This document shows, piece after piece, positions 12,822 through 25,532 of a stretch of 64,000 bases of DNA. Position 1 is the first letter of the stretch. Each line of letters starts with the position of its first letter. Under the pieces are notes generated by a model. It ran no database searches. It worked only from the letters and a program-made list of their open reading frames with translations, and was not told where the DNA came from. This DNA is from Felis catus. Lineage: Eukaryota. The position numbers and the translations under genes were made by a program. The DNA is taken from positions 86,304,001 to 86,368,000 of the forward strand of contig NC_058380.1 of assembly GCF_018350175.1 (NCBI RefSeq), read 5' to 3'.

Positions 12822-13279
12822 TGAGGGTCATACCCTTAAAATAGCTTGCCTGAGGTCCCCAGCGTGAACCTGAGAAAAATCCCTGAACACGAAACCTTAT
12901 TTGCGGCTGAAAACGTCATCCAGCTTTTGACACAGGAGCTACTGAACTGTTAAACTAGACAAAGGCATATGACTGAACCCAGAACTGTTGCACCCTCGTT
13001 CTTGAGAAAAACTGGATGTTTTCCTAGTAAGCGTCGTAATGTACTAGCAAATTGACGCACTGTAAAATGTCATTCTCTCTTCCAATCGTAATGTTTGGAA
13101 AACAACTTGCGTGGTCTTCCTAATACTTCTACAATTTGCTAATAACGACCCCCTGGCTTTTATTCCTCAAAGGGACACAATTTGGGTTGCTCCCTGAATC
13201 TGTGCTCCCCAAATTGCAATTCTCAGACGCCCATTAAGTGCTTTTTATTTCGATTCTTCCTCTTTTCTCGGTCAAAACA
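12822..13279 (+). mobile_element. Probable ERV solo LTR (carnivore ERV1/MER34-like)
   Basis: About 460-bp AT-richer block with TG...CA ends and an LTR-like segment gggttgctccctgaatctgtgctccccaaattgcaattct; no clear TSD. Confidence 0.5.
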
Positions 13280-14194
13280 GGTAGAAGTGATGTTTATTCA
13301 TGGAGACCGGCACATAGCAGTAGGTGCTCAATAATGCAGCAGGGCAGAGACCAGGACTGTGCAGTGGCAGAACTCATGACCTTGAAGGTAACAGCCCCAG
13401 ATGACGGTGAGTTGAATTTAGAATGTGTCTCGTAGGCACTAGGGAGCCATGGAAGGTGTTGGAGCAAGAGAGCGAGAGTACCAGGAGACTGAGACTGCCT
13501 CCGGTGGGTCATTTCTGAGCAACAACAGCCAGGATACTAAGGCCTGGGTCTAGTCCCAGCTCTGCCACCTGGGACATGAGACAAGGTCCTGGTCTCTTGC
13601 GAGCTTAGTTTCCCCATCTGTGGGAGGGATGGGTGCTGGGCCAGAGGTTCTGTCTTCAAAGTTGCTTGAAAGGCCCTCTCAAAAGCTGTAGGTGGCTGAC
13701 TGCACCGGCACAACCTTTGGGGAAAGCAAACTGACGTCAATCAAAATTTTAAACATCCTCCTGCTTTTAGGAATCCCACACGTGGGCACGAAGTGTGTAC
13801 ACATGGGCACGAAGTGTGGGCACGAAATGTGTCAGGTGCCAGAAGGGCCTGACTGATGGGAGGGACGGTGGTGCAGCCAGGCAGGGTGGGGTCATGGCCC
13901 TCGGTAGCGTCGGCATGAGAAGGGAAGCCAGAGGTCCGTGTGTCTGCCGAAGCAAGAGAAACAGGCAAAGAGCCCAGTGAAAATAATTCTAAACATGCGG
14001 GGGCGTGTGTGTGTAAAATCTATTCCTAGGGTGTTTTTTTTTTTTTTTTTTTTAACTTCTCTGAAATCGTGTTGTCTTATAATCAAATTGATGGTGTCTT
14101 TAAGTTGATGAAATGAAGCAGAACAGAGGGGCCGGGGTGTGCACCTGACCCTCCCTGGTGGGGGTGGGCCTTTCACTTTGAAAAAATTTACTTG

Positions 14195-14410
14195 TTTTTT
14201 TTTTTTTTTAATGTTTATTTATTTGTTTTGAGAGAGACAGAGTTGGAGCAGGGAAGGTGCAGAGGGAGGGGGAGAGAGAGAATCCCAAGCAGGCTCCGAA
14301 GCTGTCAGTGCAGAGCCTGATGCGGGGCTTGATCCCATGAACCCTGAGATCAGGACCTGAGCTGAAATCACATGTCAGACACTGAACCAACTGAGCCAGC
14401 CAGGCGCCCC
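14195..14410 (-). mobile_element. CAN-SINE
   Basis: Poly-T tail, (GA) tract, ends caggcgcccc. Confidence 0.9.
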
Positions 14411-14504
14411 TGGGACTTTCACTTCTTACTTAAAAGCTTCCGTGCTTGCTTGCTTCCTTCTTCTTTGTGTTAAAACAACCTATTACTTTACACATAAAAC
14501 AATT

Positions 14505-15005
14505 TTAATATGGATGTACCTTGGGGACACAATGCTAAGTGAAATCAGTCAGTCCCCAAAAGGACAAATATTGTATGACGCTACTTATGTGAAGTATCTA
14601 GAGTATTCAAGTTCATAGAAACAGAAAGTGGAATGGCAAACGGGGTGGGGCGGGGAGGAGAAATTCAGAGTTGCCATTTAGCAGATTTTTTAAAGCTTTT
14701 TTTTTTTTTTTACATTTACTTATTTTTGAGACACAGAGAGAGACAGAGTACCAGTGGGGGAGGGGCAGAGAGAGAGGGAGACACAGAATCTGAAGCAGGC
14801 TCCAGGCCGTCAGCACAGAGCCCGACACAAGACTCGAACTCACAAACCAGGATGAGATCATGACCCGGCCATTTAGCAGATTTTGAGTTTCGGACACGAA
14901 AGATAAGAAAGTTCTGAAGATGTTTTACGACAACGTAAATGTACCTAACACTACCCAAATGGGTAAGTGGTAAATCTTCTGTGGTTTTTGCCACAATGAA
15001 AAAAA
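14505..15005 (+). mobile_element. L1 3'UTR fragment (L1MB-like) interrupted by a SINE
   Basis: atgctaagtgaaatcagtcag...aaggacaaatattgtatga and the end ttttgccacaatgaaaaaaaa. Confidence 0.75.
14690..14867 (-). mobile_element. 5'-truncated CAN-SINE with a 17-bp TSD
   Basis: GCCATTTAGCAGATTTT at 14673-14689 and at 14868-14884. Confidence 0.9.
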
Positions 15006-15477
15006 TTCCATAGTCTTAAAAATTGGGGAAAGAAATCCAATTTTAAGTACCTGTTTTCTTCTGCATTCAAGTCTAAGCCATATTTAAGTCTATGTGAAAA
15101 CACAAGTTTGCCTTCTGTGGAAGTTCAACGAGCTCTCCAACCTACCGAATTTCCGTATTTGAGTACCTGTTTTAATTATTCATTCGTGTATGATCTGTGG
15201 ATTTTCCACCAATGCTGGGATATTAAAGTGTCGGGATTTCTTCCCCCAGCTAGAACTTAAAGAAAGAAAAATGGAGGCAGAAAGGAAAAGAGGGAGGAAG
15301 GAGGAAAGGGGGCGGGGGGGGGGCAGGCAAAAATTGCATAAGGGAAAAGTCTGGAAGATTGTTAACAGGATATGGGACCAGGAGATGCTATCTTGTACAT
15401 TTGTATGGCTTATGTTACTTTGTAACATGAAAAAAAAAAAACATATAAAATGAAACCAGTTTTTATTTGTTTAAAAA

Positions 15478-15501
15478 TATTTTTTTTAATGTTTATTTAC
15501 T

Positions 15502-15554
<53 letters not shown>

Positions 15555-15723
15555 TGCAAGCGGGGTAGGGGCAGAGAGAGAAGGAGACACAGAACCCGAA
15601 GCAGGCTCCAGGCTCTGAGCTGTCAGCACAGAGCCCCCACACGGGGCTTGAACCCACGGACCCTGAGATCATGACCGGAGCTGAAGTCGGACGCTTAACT
15701 GACTGAGCCACCCAGGCGTCCCC
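15478..15723 (-). mobile_element. CAN-SINE with an expanded (GA)n
   Basis: Long (GA)n at about 15505-15551; SINEC body. Confidence 0.92.
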
Positions 15724-17828
15724 ATGCAACCAGTTTTTAAAACATTTAAAAAATATTTTGGTTAAAGAAAGAATTCCAAGGCTGAAAGACAAGCCTGCTG
15801 GGGTGGGGCGGGGCGGGGCAGGGGGTGGAGTAGAGGAGGACTCTGGGGCGGCTTCCCTCAGAGGCTCACGGATGGAACCACGCATAGCCCAGCTGCCCCA
15901 GGTGGGCCTGGCTGTCCCCACTGGCCGAACACGGCAGGAAGCGGCTGGAGTGGCTACTTCAGGAAGCACGTGTCGGGTCTACAACTGGTAAGAGATGGCC
16001 CCACGCCCAAGGAGGGGTGAGAGGTTGGGGCCTCAGTGGGAACCCTTTGGGGTTCGGAGGGCCCTGAACCCCAAAGGAAGAGGTAGGTTTGGTCCTGGCA
16101 CAGTGGGGAGCCGGTGAAGCTTCCAGAGCAAAGAGGACCGTGATGAGGTGGCTTTAGGAAGTTGGTTCTGGCAACGAGTGTGGACCAGTCTCTGCTGGGT
16201 CCCATCTCGGGGGGTGAGTTTGTGGAGTTGAGAGCCCCACGCCTCCTGCCCTCCGCATCCTCCGAGTCCTACCTTCTGATGCGAAGCTGAATGGTCCCAG
16301 GGTCCACCCCCAGCAACTCACCCCCTCCTGATGCTCTCCTACTGCACCTCCCTTCATGGCCACCAGTGGGCAGACAAAAGGGCCTCAGTGTTCTGGGAGA
16401 AAGTCTACCTAGAAACCTCTGCCCGGACCCAGATCCCCAGCAGCCTTTGCGTGGGCTTGGAAGTGGGTGGTATTCCCATCTCCCCATTCTCATGCGGGGC
16501 CTTAGGCTCCCCACATAAGGACTTTGCAAGGGGTCACCATCCCTCTGACAGGCCAATCACCACCATTACTGTACCTGGTCGGTCCCAGCCTCCTGCCCAA
16601 CCTGCGGCTGTCACACGACTGTGGCTCTGCCCCCCTCTCACGGGCACTCGTGGCCTTTTCCCAGCCAGCCCCGGGCAGTCTCATCTCCCACCGCTCCTTC
16701 CTTCTGTGGACTCACTGTCTACTGAGGCAGGCTGTGGGTCGCCCCCACCAGGCTGTCGTCCGGCTGTTCTTCCCACCCTGACATGCCCTCCCTCGCCAAT
16801 GGCACCTAACACAGCACACGGCACGCGGCTACCCGTTGCGGGAGCGTGTCCGTGAGCGAGCTCTCGCCTCCCAGCTCTGGGGCCCACCATCCCAGCTGGC
16901 CCTGTGCCCGGGGAGCACTCTCTCCCGTCCCAGCAGGCCGCCCGCCCTTGTCTTACACAGTCACCCTTTGTTAGGCCTGCGCTCCCAAGGGCGTCTTATC
17001 TGCCTAAACAGGTTGTAATCTGCCAGAGTCACCGACCCCCGTCCTCCTGCCAACCTGGAGTCAACAAACCTTTTTGCCTCGTGCGGCCCAGGACTCACCA
17101 GGCCCCTCCCAGGGCTGCAGCCCTGCGGCCTTCTTCCCACTGGGCCCCGCGGGAAATTTCCACTCCCTGCCCTCAGTGTCCCCAGGCCCTAGAGTCAACC
17201 TCTGAGCCCCGTCTGTCCTCTCTCCTTCACTGTGCTCTCTCTCTCCAGTGCCCCCCAGCTGCTCTCTGTGACAGATGTCATTCTCCAACCCCCCCCCCCA
17301 ACTTCTCCCTGCCAGAAGCACCTCCCCCAAACTTCCGCAGGTCTCTTCCTCCTCCTTCAGGCCTCAAAGGGAAGGGAAGGGAAGCACGTCACCTCTTCAG
17401 AGTGCCCTGTGTCATTGTCTCGTAGTCCTTACCGCCCTCCGCGGCCTGTCTGGGACAGAACTGCCACACGGCCCCTCCCCTCCCTAGAACCTCAAGAGCG
17501 GTGTCTGGACCTGTCGCACCCATGAGGGAGCCAGGGCTCTGAGAGGGGAAGTGATGTGCCTGAGGTCACACAGGAAGGGAGAGGAGGGACTGGAAAAGCC
17601 AGGTGGGCTTGGCTCCAGGAACCCCACACACCTCCGGGGCTGCCAGGTCTCCACCCAAGCTGCAAAACGCGTGACTCACTGGCCGGTTGAAGGAGCTGGC
17701 CATCCTGTGTATGAACTTCCAGGCTGGCTGGAGGGTGTGGGCACTGTCCTGAGGAGGCCCACAGCCAGGCCAGAGGGAGTCAAGCTGGATCTGAGAGACA
17801 CAGGAAACGGAACCAGAGCTTAGGTGCG

Positions 17829-17834
17829 TTTATT
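17829..17834 (-). terminator. ST6GALNAC6 polyadenylation signal (AATAAA)
   Basis: TTTATT on the plus strand, about 1.3 kb past the stop. Confidence 0.75.
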
Positions 17835-19125
17835 CTGTACAAATCGTTACAAAACCAAGTCTGGGGTAGTTGCCGGTCCCCAGCCCCCACCCCAATGTGC
17901 AAAGGCTTGCTGCTGGCCTCTTCCTTCTCCCCCTGACCCCTCCCACTCCACAGCCTCCTCCAGGAAGCCCTCCAGTCTTCCCTTCCAGGCTCTGGAAGAG
18001 CAGGGGCGAACCCACCCCACTGAGGTCCAGCAATAAAGTGCCTGATGTAGAGTGAGGGGACAGAACCCAGGCAACACAGCTCCTGGCCCCCTAGAGCCCT
18101 CCCAGGCCCAGCGGAGGGGAGGCCCTTGGACAACTACAGCAGCTGCAAAGGGGCTATGTGAAACCCCAGTTTGGCTGGGATTCCCCCCTTCTCAGCCCCA
18201 CAGTCTCCTCCAATAGGTAGAAATCCTCACTGCTGGATGGCAGAAAAGGGAGCCTGGCTCTTTAAGAGCCAAACTAATGGCAGCTGAGTGGAGGGACTGA
18301 GAAAACAGCTGAAGGTTTATCCCTTTCCCGTTAGATTCCCCCCAAACTCTGTGGGAGTTTGCGCAAAAATACCCTTACATTTCCAGAAGGAGGTGAGGGA
18401 GGGAACCCCAGTCCCCCAGGGAGCTGAGCCCCCCCAGCCAAAGGTGGTGGCTGGAGGGGTCCAGTCTCAGGGAGGACAGACCCAAGGAGGTCAATGGGGA
18501 AAGTGGGAGGGGGTCTCAGACTCCACGTTAGAACCTGACACGGGCAGAAGGGCGACCAGAGAGGGGGCAAGGGTTTTGTCCAAAGCCACTCAGGGCAGAG
18601 CCAAGACCCGGATGCTGGCTCCCACCTCTAGGATCCCCCACAACCCCCCGAATGGTCTGGCCTGCCCTCCAGACAGCCCACTCCCATGCAGCTTCTCTTT
18701 CCGGCTCTGGGAAGTGAGGGAGCAACACAAAGTTCCCAGCTCCTCGGGACAGGACCTCACGGTCCCAGCCACAGGGAGTGACTGGAGGTCCATCCTGGGG
18801 CTCCGGACCAAGGACTCATGGGAAAGCACATGTCCTTAGCCTCAGATAACTTCAGAAATACCCTGATTGACGATGCTCAGACCCTGACTGGACGAGAAAT
18901 ACCCCCAACACCCCTGGTTAACCACATAGAAGCTCAAATCCCTGATTGGTCAAGAGATACCCCCGGGCCTTGGCTGGCCAGAGGATGCTACCCCCGACGA
19001 GGCCCTGATTGGCCAGAAGACGCTCCGACCAGCCTTGATTGGCCAGGAGACGGCCCTTGGTTGAGTGGCTGGCAGGAGAGAGGCCTCTCCTGTGTCCCTT
19101 AGGAGGGGTCCACAGGCAGGGCGGC

Positions 19126-19315
19126 CTAGGTCCACGAGGGGTGGGAGAAAGTGATTCCATACAGCTGGGCCCAGGATGAGAAGACCCTCTTCTCCGTGAT
19201 GAAGCGGTGGTGGTTGCCCTTGCGGCTGTGCTCATTCTGGATGTAGGTGACACACTCATCCGGTCCCTTGGGCTCATAGTAGTGGTAGGGCATGCGTTGC
19301 AGACGAGGCCGCTGG
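19126..19315 (-). CDS. ST6GALNAC6: ST6GALNAC6 last coding exon (QRPRLQRMPYHYYEPKGPDECVTY...HPSWT*)
   Basis: Sialylmotif III (HYYE) and VS (H..E). Spliced CDS 26+91+180+407+108+190 = 1002 nt gives 333 aa. Confidence 0.95.
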
Positions 19316-19977
19316 CTGGGGCAGAGCAGAGAGGGGCTGTAAGGGCAGGGTAGGCACCGGCACAGCCCTCGCCCTTTCCAGCCCCTGACTTGCTATAGGA
19401 TTTCGGGGGGGGGGGGGGTTGGAATCCCTGCCCCTCCCTGGGCCTCAGTTTTCCCATCTGTAAAACGGATGCAGGGTGGACTAGGTTTATGACCATCCAA
19501 CTTTTTTTTTTTTTTTTTTTAATATGATCCAAACGTTTCCTTTCCTGAAGAGGGAGGCGGTGTAGGGTAGTGGTAAGAAGTATGGGCTCCGGAGCCTGGC
19601 CCCACTGCTTCCTGTTTGTGGGGCCTTAGGCCACTCCCAAAACATCTTCCTCAGTTTTTCTCATCTATGAAACAGAAAGAGTAATGCAACTATCCATGTG
19701 GGTCACCGTGAGGAGTACATGAGATAATGAATGAAGCCACGCTTGGTACATGGGCTTTTCATGTGGTCATCTCAATAATAGTGACTATTAATATACAAAA
19801 TCTGGACTATGGTTGAGCTGGGGAGAGGCCCCCGAGGCAGCTAGCCCCAAGGAGCTTAGATCTCTGCAGAGCAGTCTGAATACCCTAAGACAGAGGCTTC
19901 AAAGGCACCCCCAGCCAATGTTTCTGGGCTCCAAGCTGCAGCTAGCGACTGGGCGTTGTTTGGGGTGGGGGGCTCAC

Positions 19978-20085
19978 CTGCAGTAGTCAGGGGGGACCAT
20001 GCCATAGACGTGCACGTGGTCACACAACTCCACTGCAATCACCATGGTGAACCAGCCGGTGCTCAACCACGAATGGGACTTTTCC
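19978..20085 (-). CDS. ST6GALNAC6: ST6GALNAC6 exon (EKSHSWLSTGWFTMVIAVELCDHVHVYGMVPPDYC)
   Basis: Sialylmotif S; 108 nt, cgcag acceptor and gtgagc donor. Confidence 0.95.
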
Positions 20086-20534
20086 CTGCGGGCAGAGAGG
20101 GGGCATGATGAGGGGTCAGGCAGGCAGGGAGGAACGGTCAACCCACCTGGGGTTTCCCAGAACTCCTCCCGCCATCATGCCCTCCCCCAACTTCAGTGAC
20201 CACCCCACCCCCCGCCCCACAGCCCAGCCCTACTGTGGGAACACGTGCATGCTGGCAGAGGACTTGTCTGGGCAGAGATGAGGGGTGTGGAGAGAGCGCC
20301 TTTGAAGGAACAGGGCACGCTGGGAATAGACTCCCGGGGAGACTGGTCACAGTAGGGCAGGTTGCAAGTGACCATGAGCTCACTGGACTCATGGCCTTGC
20401 TTGATGGAACTTGCTAGGAACAGCTGTGCCCACGCTAGGAGCAAACGCCTAAAGGGAGACTAATCAGAGAAGGTCATGCTGAGAGTGACCACGGGTTCAC
20501 AGCAAGGCATGGGAGGTAGCCAAGGACCTGGAGC

Positions 20535-20720
20535 CTTCGCTGTCCACTACGGCAGCCAGTAGCCACATGTGGGCACACGATGTGTGGTTGAAATGTGCTG
20601 TCGGTGTAAAATATGCCTGGGATTTTTTTAGTATGAGAGAAAGAACACAGAAAATGTCACTGGTAGTTTTTGATACTGATCATATGCTGAACCGAAAATA
20701 GTTTGGATATATTTGATTGA
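20535..20720 (+). mobile_element. MER33 (hAT-Charlie) left part
   Basis: cgctgtccactacggcagccagtagccacatgtgg...ttggatatatttg; continues at about 22390. Confidence 0.65.
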
Positions 20721-21082
20721 AGGTGGTTCTTTGGAAAGTTTGGAAAGAAAATAAACCTCTCACAAGACTGACCAAGAAAAAGCAAAGATACAAGCTACCG
20801 GTATCAAGAATAAAACAGAGGACATCATCGCAGATCCTCTAGACATGAGGACAATAAGAAAACCACAAACAAGCACATACGTAAATTTCACAACTTCAAT
20901 GAAATGGACCAATTCCTTGAAAATCAGAAACTACTGAAACACAGCCAAGATGAAACAGATTAACCTAAGTGTCTGTGACTATTAAGAAATTGAATTCATT
21001 GTTCAAAACCTTCTGAAAAAGAACTCTCCAGACCCAGAGAGTTTGGCAAATTCTACGAAATATTTAAAGAAGAAATAACACT

Positions 21083-21237
21083 GGGGTGCCTGGGTGGCTC
21101 AGTCGGTTGAGTGTCCGACTTTGGCTCAGGTCATGATCTCGCAGTCTGAGGGTTTGAGCCCTGCGTCAGGCTCTGTGCTGACAGCTCAGAGCCTGGAGCT
21201 GCTTCGGATTCTGTGTCTCCCTCTCTCTCTCTGCCCT
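21083..21237 (+). mobile_element. CAN-SINE running into the gap
   Basis: ggggtgcctgggtggctcagtcgg head. Confidence 0.9.
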
Positions 21238-21366
21238 NNNNNNNNNNNNNNNNNNNNNNNNNNNNNNNNNNNNNNNNNNNNNNNNNNNNNNNNNNNNNNN
21301 NNNNNNNNNNNNNNNNNNNNNNNNNNNNNNNNNNNNNNNNNNNNNNNNNNNNNNNNNNNNNNNNNN
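21238..21366. other. Assembly gap (129 N)
   Basis: Run of N, starting inside a SINE. Confidence 1.
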
Positions 21367-22126
21367 CATTACCCATACTACCAAAACCATACAAAAACAG
21401 TACAAAAACCAAACAAAACTACAGATCAAGATCTCTCATGAATACAGACACAAACATCTGAACAAGATATTAGCAAGTCATATTCAGCAGTATATAAAAA
21501 AGAATAATACGCCACAGCCAAGTGGAGTTTATTCCAGAAATGCAAGTCTGATTCAATATTCAAAAATCAATTGGTATAATCCACCATAGTAAAAGTCTTA
21601 AGAAAAACCACATGATCATATTAATTGATGCATAAAAACACTTGATAAAACTCAATATCCAATAATGATAAAAACTCTTAGCAAATTAGTTAGAAAAGAG
21701 AAATTTTTCAACCTGATAAAGAGCAGCTAAAAACTCTATAGCTAACATCATATTCAATGATGAAGGACTGAATGCTTTCCCACCAAGACCGGGACCAAGG
21801 CAAGATGTCTACTCTCACCACTTCCAATACAATTTGACCTTGTATTGTCAGTCCTAGCCAGTGCAATAAGGCAAGAAAAAGAAATAAGATGCATACATAT
21901 TGGAAATTGTCCTTACAACAGGATCACGTATATGGAACATCCCAAAGAACCTAGAAAAATTTCCCAGAACCAATAAGGAAATTTAGCAGGATTACAGGAT
22001 ATAAGGTCAACCCACAAAAACCAATTGTATTTCTATCTACTAGCAATGAACAGTTGGGAACCCCCCAAAAATTTAAATACAATTTACAATAGCACCCTCA
22101 AATTTTAAATATTTAGGGATAAATCA

Positions 22127-22345
22127 GGGGCCGCCTGGGTGGCTCAGTCGGCTGAACTTCTGACTTCGGCTCAGGTCATGATCTCACGGTCCGTGAGTTC
22201 GAGCCCCGCGTCGGGCTCTGTGCTGACAGCTCAGAGCCTGGAGCCTGCTTTGGATTCTGTGTCTCCCTCTCTCTCTGCCCCTCCCCTGCTCACGCTCTGT
22301 CTTTCCCTCTCTCTCAAAAATAAATAAACGTAAAAAAAATAAAAA
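22127..22345 (+). mobile_element. CAN-SINE inside the L1, with TSD TAAATATTTAGGGATAA
   Basis: TSD at about 22106 and 22346. Confidence 0.92.
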
Positions 22346-22389
22346 TAAATATTTAGGGATAAGTCAAACAAAATAAGCACAGGGTCTAT

Positions 22390-22475
22390 ATGTTGGATGT
22401 ATTGGGTTAATTGGGCTACTACAAAAATATAAATTACACATACAGCTTGCGTTATATTTCTACTGGATAGCATCG
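22390..22475 (+). mobile_element. MER33 right part
   Basis: ttggatgtattgggttaa...ggctactacaaaaatataaattaca...tatatttctactggatagc. Confidence 0.6.
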
Positions 22476-22882
22476 GCCTAGCTTTTCTGGGGAGATTAGC
22501 CAGAGAAGGACATGCTGGGAAAGATGTATCCTTAGGATAGAGTATGCTGGGAGCAACCGTGTGCCTAAAGCAAGACATGCTGGGTACAGTCAATACCTTC
22601 CAGAGGCAGACTGGAAGCAGAGCATGCTAGGAGCCCTGTTCCCTCAGAGCAATGCAGGCTGGGAAGCCTTCCTGGGGAGACGAGACCACGCAGAGCACGT
22701 TGGAAGTGACTCATGCTAAGGGCTGGACACAATGAAAATCCCCTAGGAAAACCTGAGCAGAGAGCAGCAGGAAGTGACCACACCCTCAGGGTAGTGCATG
22801 CCGGGAACAACAGGCCCTCTGGGCAGAGAATGCTGATGGGGAGCACAGGGCCGGCCGGAGGGGGCAGGCAGGAGGCTGGTAC

Positions 22883-23289
22883 CTGTCCTTGCCCGTCTCA
22901 CCCCGGAAGAGGTCGTCAAATTGGCGCATGCGGCCGGGAGAGACGGCATAGGCCTCCATGTTGGGGAACACCAGGCCTGCCCGCTGGATGACACGCACAA
23001 GGCTGCCCTGGGGCTTCTGCATCTTGTTTGGGGGGCCCCAAAAGATGAACGCAGTTTCGGGGGTCCGGTTGACAAATTCCTGGGGCCTCCGCAGCACACG
23101 GAATACGCTGGAATGGGCTACCACACGGAATGTGGTCTTGTTGCCTACGTCGGCTGAGTAGCCTGTGGTGGGCGCGTCGTTCATGCGGATTGTGCACTCG
23201 GCTCGCTCGATCTCAGGGCCCAGCTTGGTTCCCAGCAGGTGGCTAGAGCTGGTGACAATCACACACTGGTGGCACCGGGAGGGCAGCGT
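22883..23289 (-). CDS. ST6GALNAC6: ST6GALNAC6 exon (TLPSRCHQCVIVTSSSHLLG...RMNDAPTTGYSADVGNKTT...ETGKDR)
   Basis: Sialylmotif L; 407 nt; core of ORF 22786..23439. Confidence 0.97.
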
Positions 23290-24479
23290 CTGGGGGGAGG
23301 CAGCAAGGAAAGTCAACACTATCATGACCATTCCGTGCCAGGCCCTAGGCTCTGTACATCCAGGCCTCCAGGAGGCAGGAATTATTTTGCCCATTTTAAA
23401 AACAGGGAAGCTGAAGGCTGTTTGCTCGGCATTCGACAAACACTTCCAGCGAGCTGGCTAATGGCTAAATACCAGGGACAGAGCTACGAGGAAAAGAGCC
23501 CCGTCCTGCCTTCAAGAGGCACAGTTAGGCAGAGAACACGTAAAAGATAAAATGATGCCAGGTGGTGAGCAAAACGTACCCCGAAGACAATACAACAGAG
23601 GCAAGGGATCAGGAGGGACAGGAGCGGGGGCTCCTCTAGAAAGATCATCCAGTGGGGGCCTGTTGGAGCCGAGACCAGGAGGATGAAGAGGAACCACACA
23701 GGAAAATAATTGAGGCGGGGGAACAGCAAGACCAGAGGTGCTGAAGTGGGAATGGCCACCGTGTGTTGAGAAGCCAAAGGTGGCCACTTGTCCGGAGCCG
23801 AGTGAAGGAACAGGAGGACAGGACAGTTATGCAGGGATGTCCCCAAAGTCACCCAGCAGAGGAGTGCAGCGCTGGGGTATGAACCCAGGTCGATATGGCC
23901 ACAGAGCCCCGGGCTTGGTCCAGTTCTCCTAAGAGGGCAACCTCCCCAGGGCACCCATGACATCTCCACACCATCCACACGTAAGACACCACCTGTCGAA
24001 AAGGAAAGAGTGTGGAAGCCTGTCTGGGCCTCTGTTTCCTGTTTCCCCCACCGGTGAATGAGTTGGAACCACGTGTTCTCCGGGGCCTATTTTCTGCCCA
24101 TGGAATTCCTGTTCGCCCTGTAAGTGTGAGCTCAGGCGCCACCTCCTCCAGGCAGTCTGCTCTGAGCTCTCGCTCCAAGATCTAACAACAGCTCCCATGG
24201 ACCTCAACGGATGGCTTTTCCAGCTTTCCTGAGCTCTACTGGCTTCCCCTGTCAGGCTGGTGTCACCCACACTCAGGCTGTTCCACTTTCTCCCTGGTCC
24301 CATTATTTGTGTTTCTCTTTCAAGGATTCTTAGGGTCTCAGCTAGGTGTTAATCCATCTCTGAACACCCGCCAATGGGCCCTTTCCCAGCAAGGGTGCAT
24401 TCAGAGCCCCTGGTTCAGGCTCTCCACACACCACGTGTGCAAAGACCCTGAGGGATTTAGGAGGGGGTCGTTGTTGTTT

Positions 24480-24661
24480 TTAATTTTTTTTTAATGTTTA
24501 TTTTTGAGAGGGGGGGATGGGGAGGGGCAGAGAGAGATGGGGACAGAAAATCCAAACCCAGCTCCGTATTGACAGCAGAGAGCCCGATGTGGGGCTCGAA
24601 CTCAGGAACTGTGACAGAGCCCAAGTTAGCCACTTAACCAACTGAGCTGCCTAGGTACCCC
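24480..24661 (-). mobile_element. CAN-SINE (diverged)
   Basis: ttttaatgtttatttttgagag tail and SINEC body. Confidence 0.8.
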
Positions 24662-25327
24662 TGGGGGGGTGGGGTTTGAGGGAGGGGAAGGAGGCAGGCA
24701 GGGATTGGGAGACCACCTTCTCCTGGGAGGCGGAGTTCATATTCCAGGCCAATGATTATCTACTTGGCCTCCCAGAAAACATCTAGGGCTCAGAGGATTA
24801 TGGGGTGAACCCCAGAAATACAACCTGCGTTTCACGGCTACCCAAGGCAAACAGAAGCCCCAGGAATGATTTCTGGCTTCTCTCTACAGCTACAACTCCC
24901 CAGAGGTTGGGGCAAAAAATACCCTGGCTCCTCCCCTCCCTTGCTGTGTGGACTTGGACAAGTGACTTTGCCTCCCTGAGTCTTGGTTTCCCCATCTCTT
25001 CAAGGCGAATAACAATGCTGACCTTACAGGGTTGGCATGCTCATTACCGCTAATCACAGTGCCCGGCACACAGCGGGGAACTGACAAAGGGCAGCCATTA
25101 TTAGGACTGTTTTTGTGTCGTCAAATACTTGAGCCTTCTGCTCTCAAACCCTGTGTGGACTACCCAGCAGAGACGGAGATCCGTGAAAACCAGAGACATC
25201 TCTCCTTAGGAATTCTGACTCAGGAGGCAGTAGGATATCAGCACTAAAAATGGAACCCTGAAGACAACTGAGGCCCAGAGAGAGACAGGGCACTTGTGCA
25301 ACATCACACAGCAAACAAGGGGCCGAA

Positions 25328-25532
25328 TGGGGCGCCTGGGTGTCTCAGTCGGTTACGCGTCCGACTTCAGCTCAGGTCACGATCTCGCGGTTTCGTGAGT
25401 TCGAGCCCCGCATCGGGCTCTGTGCTGCTTGCTCAGAGCCTGGAGCCTGCTTCCGATTCTGTGTCTCCCTGTCTCTCTGCCCCTCCCCCCACTGAAATAA
25501 ATAAACATTTAGAAAAAAATAAAAAACAAACA
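25328..25532 (+). mobile_element. CAN-SINE with TSD (CAAACAAGGGGC)
   Basis: SINEC head and tail with a flanking duplication. Confidence 0.9.

Larger units (their letters stand above)
20745..22390 (+). mobile_element. Degraded L1 ORF2 fragment, antisense to ST6GALNAC6
   Basis: A-rich; gaaatggaccaattccttgaaa and ccacatgatcatattaattgatgca (RT-domain HMII..DA region); many stops. Confidence 0.85.

Noticed and set aside
18860-19075. Repeat-spacer pattern superficially like a CRISPR array
   Set aside because: Mammalian 3'UTR, degenerate units and no cas genes. Kept only as a CCAAT-repeat finding.
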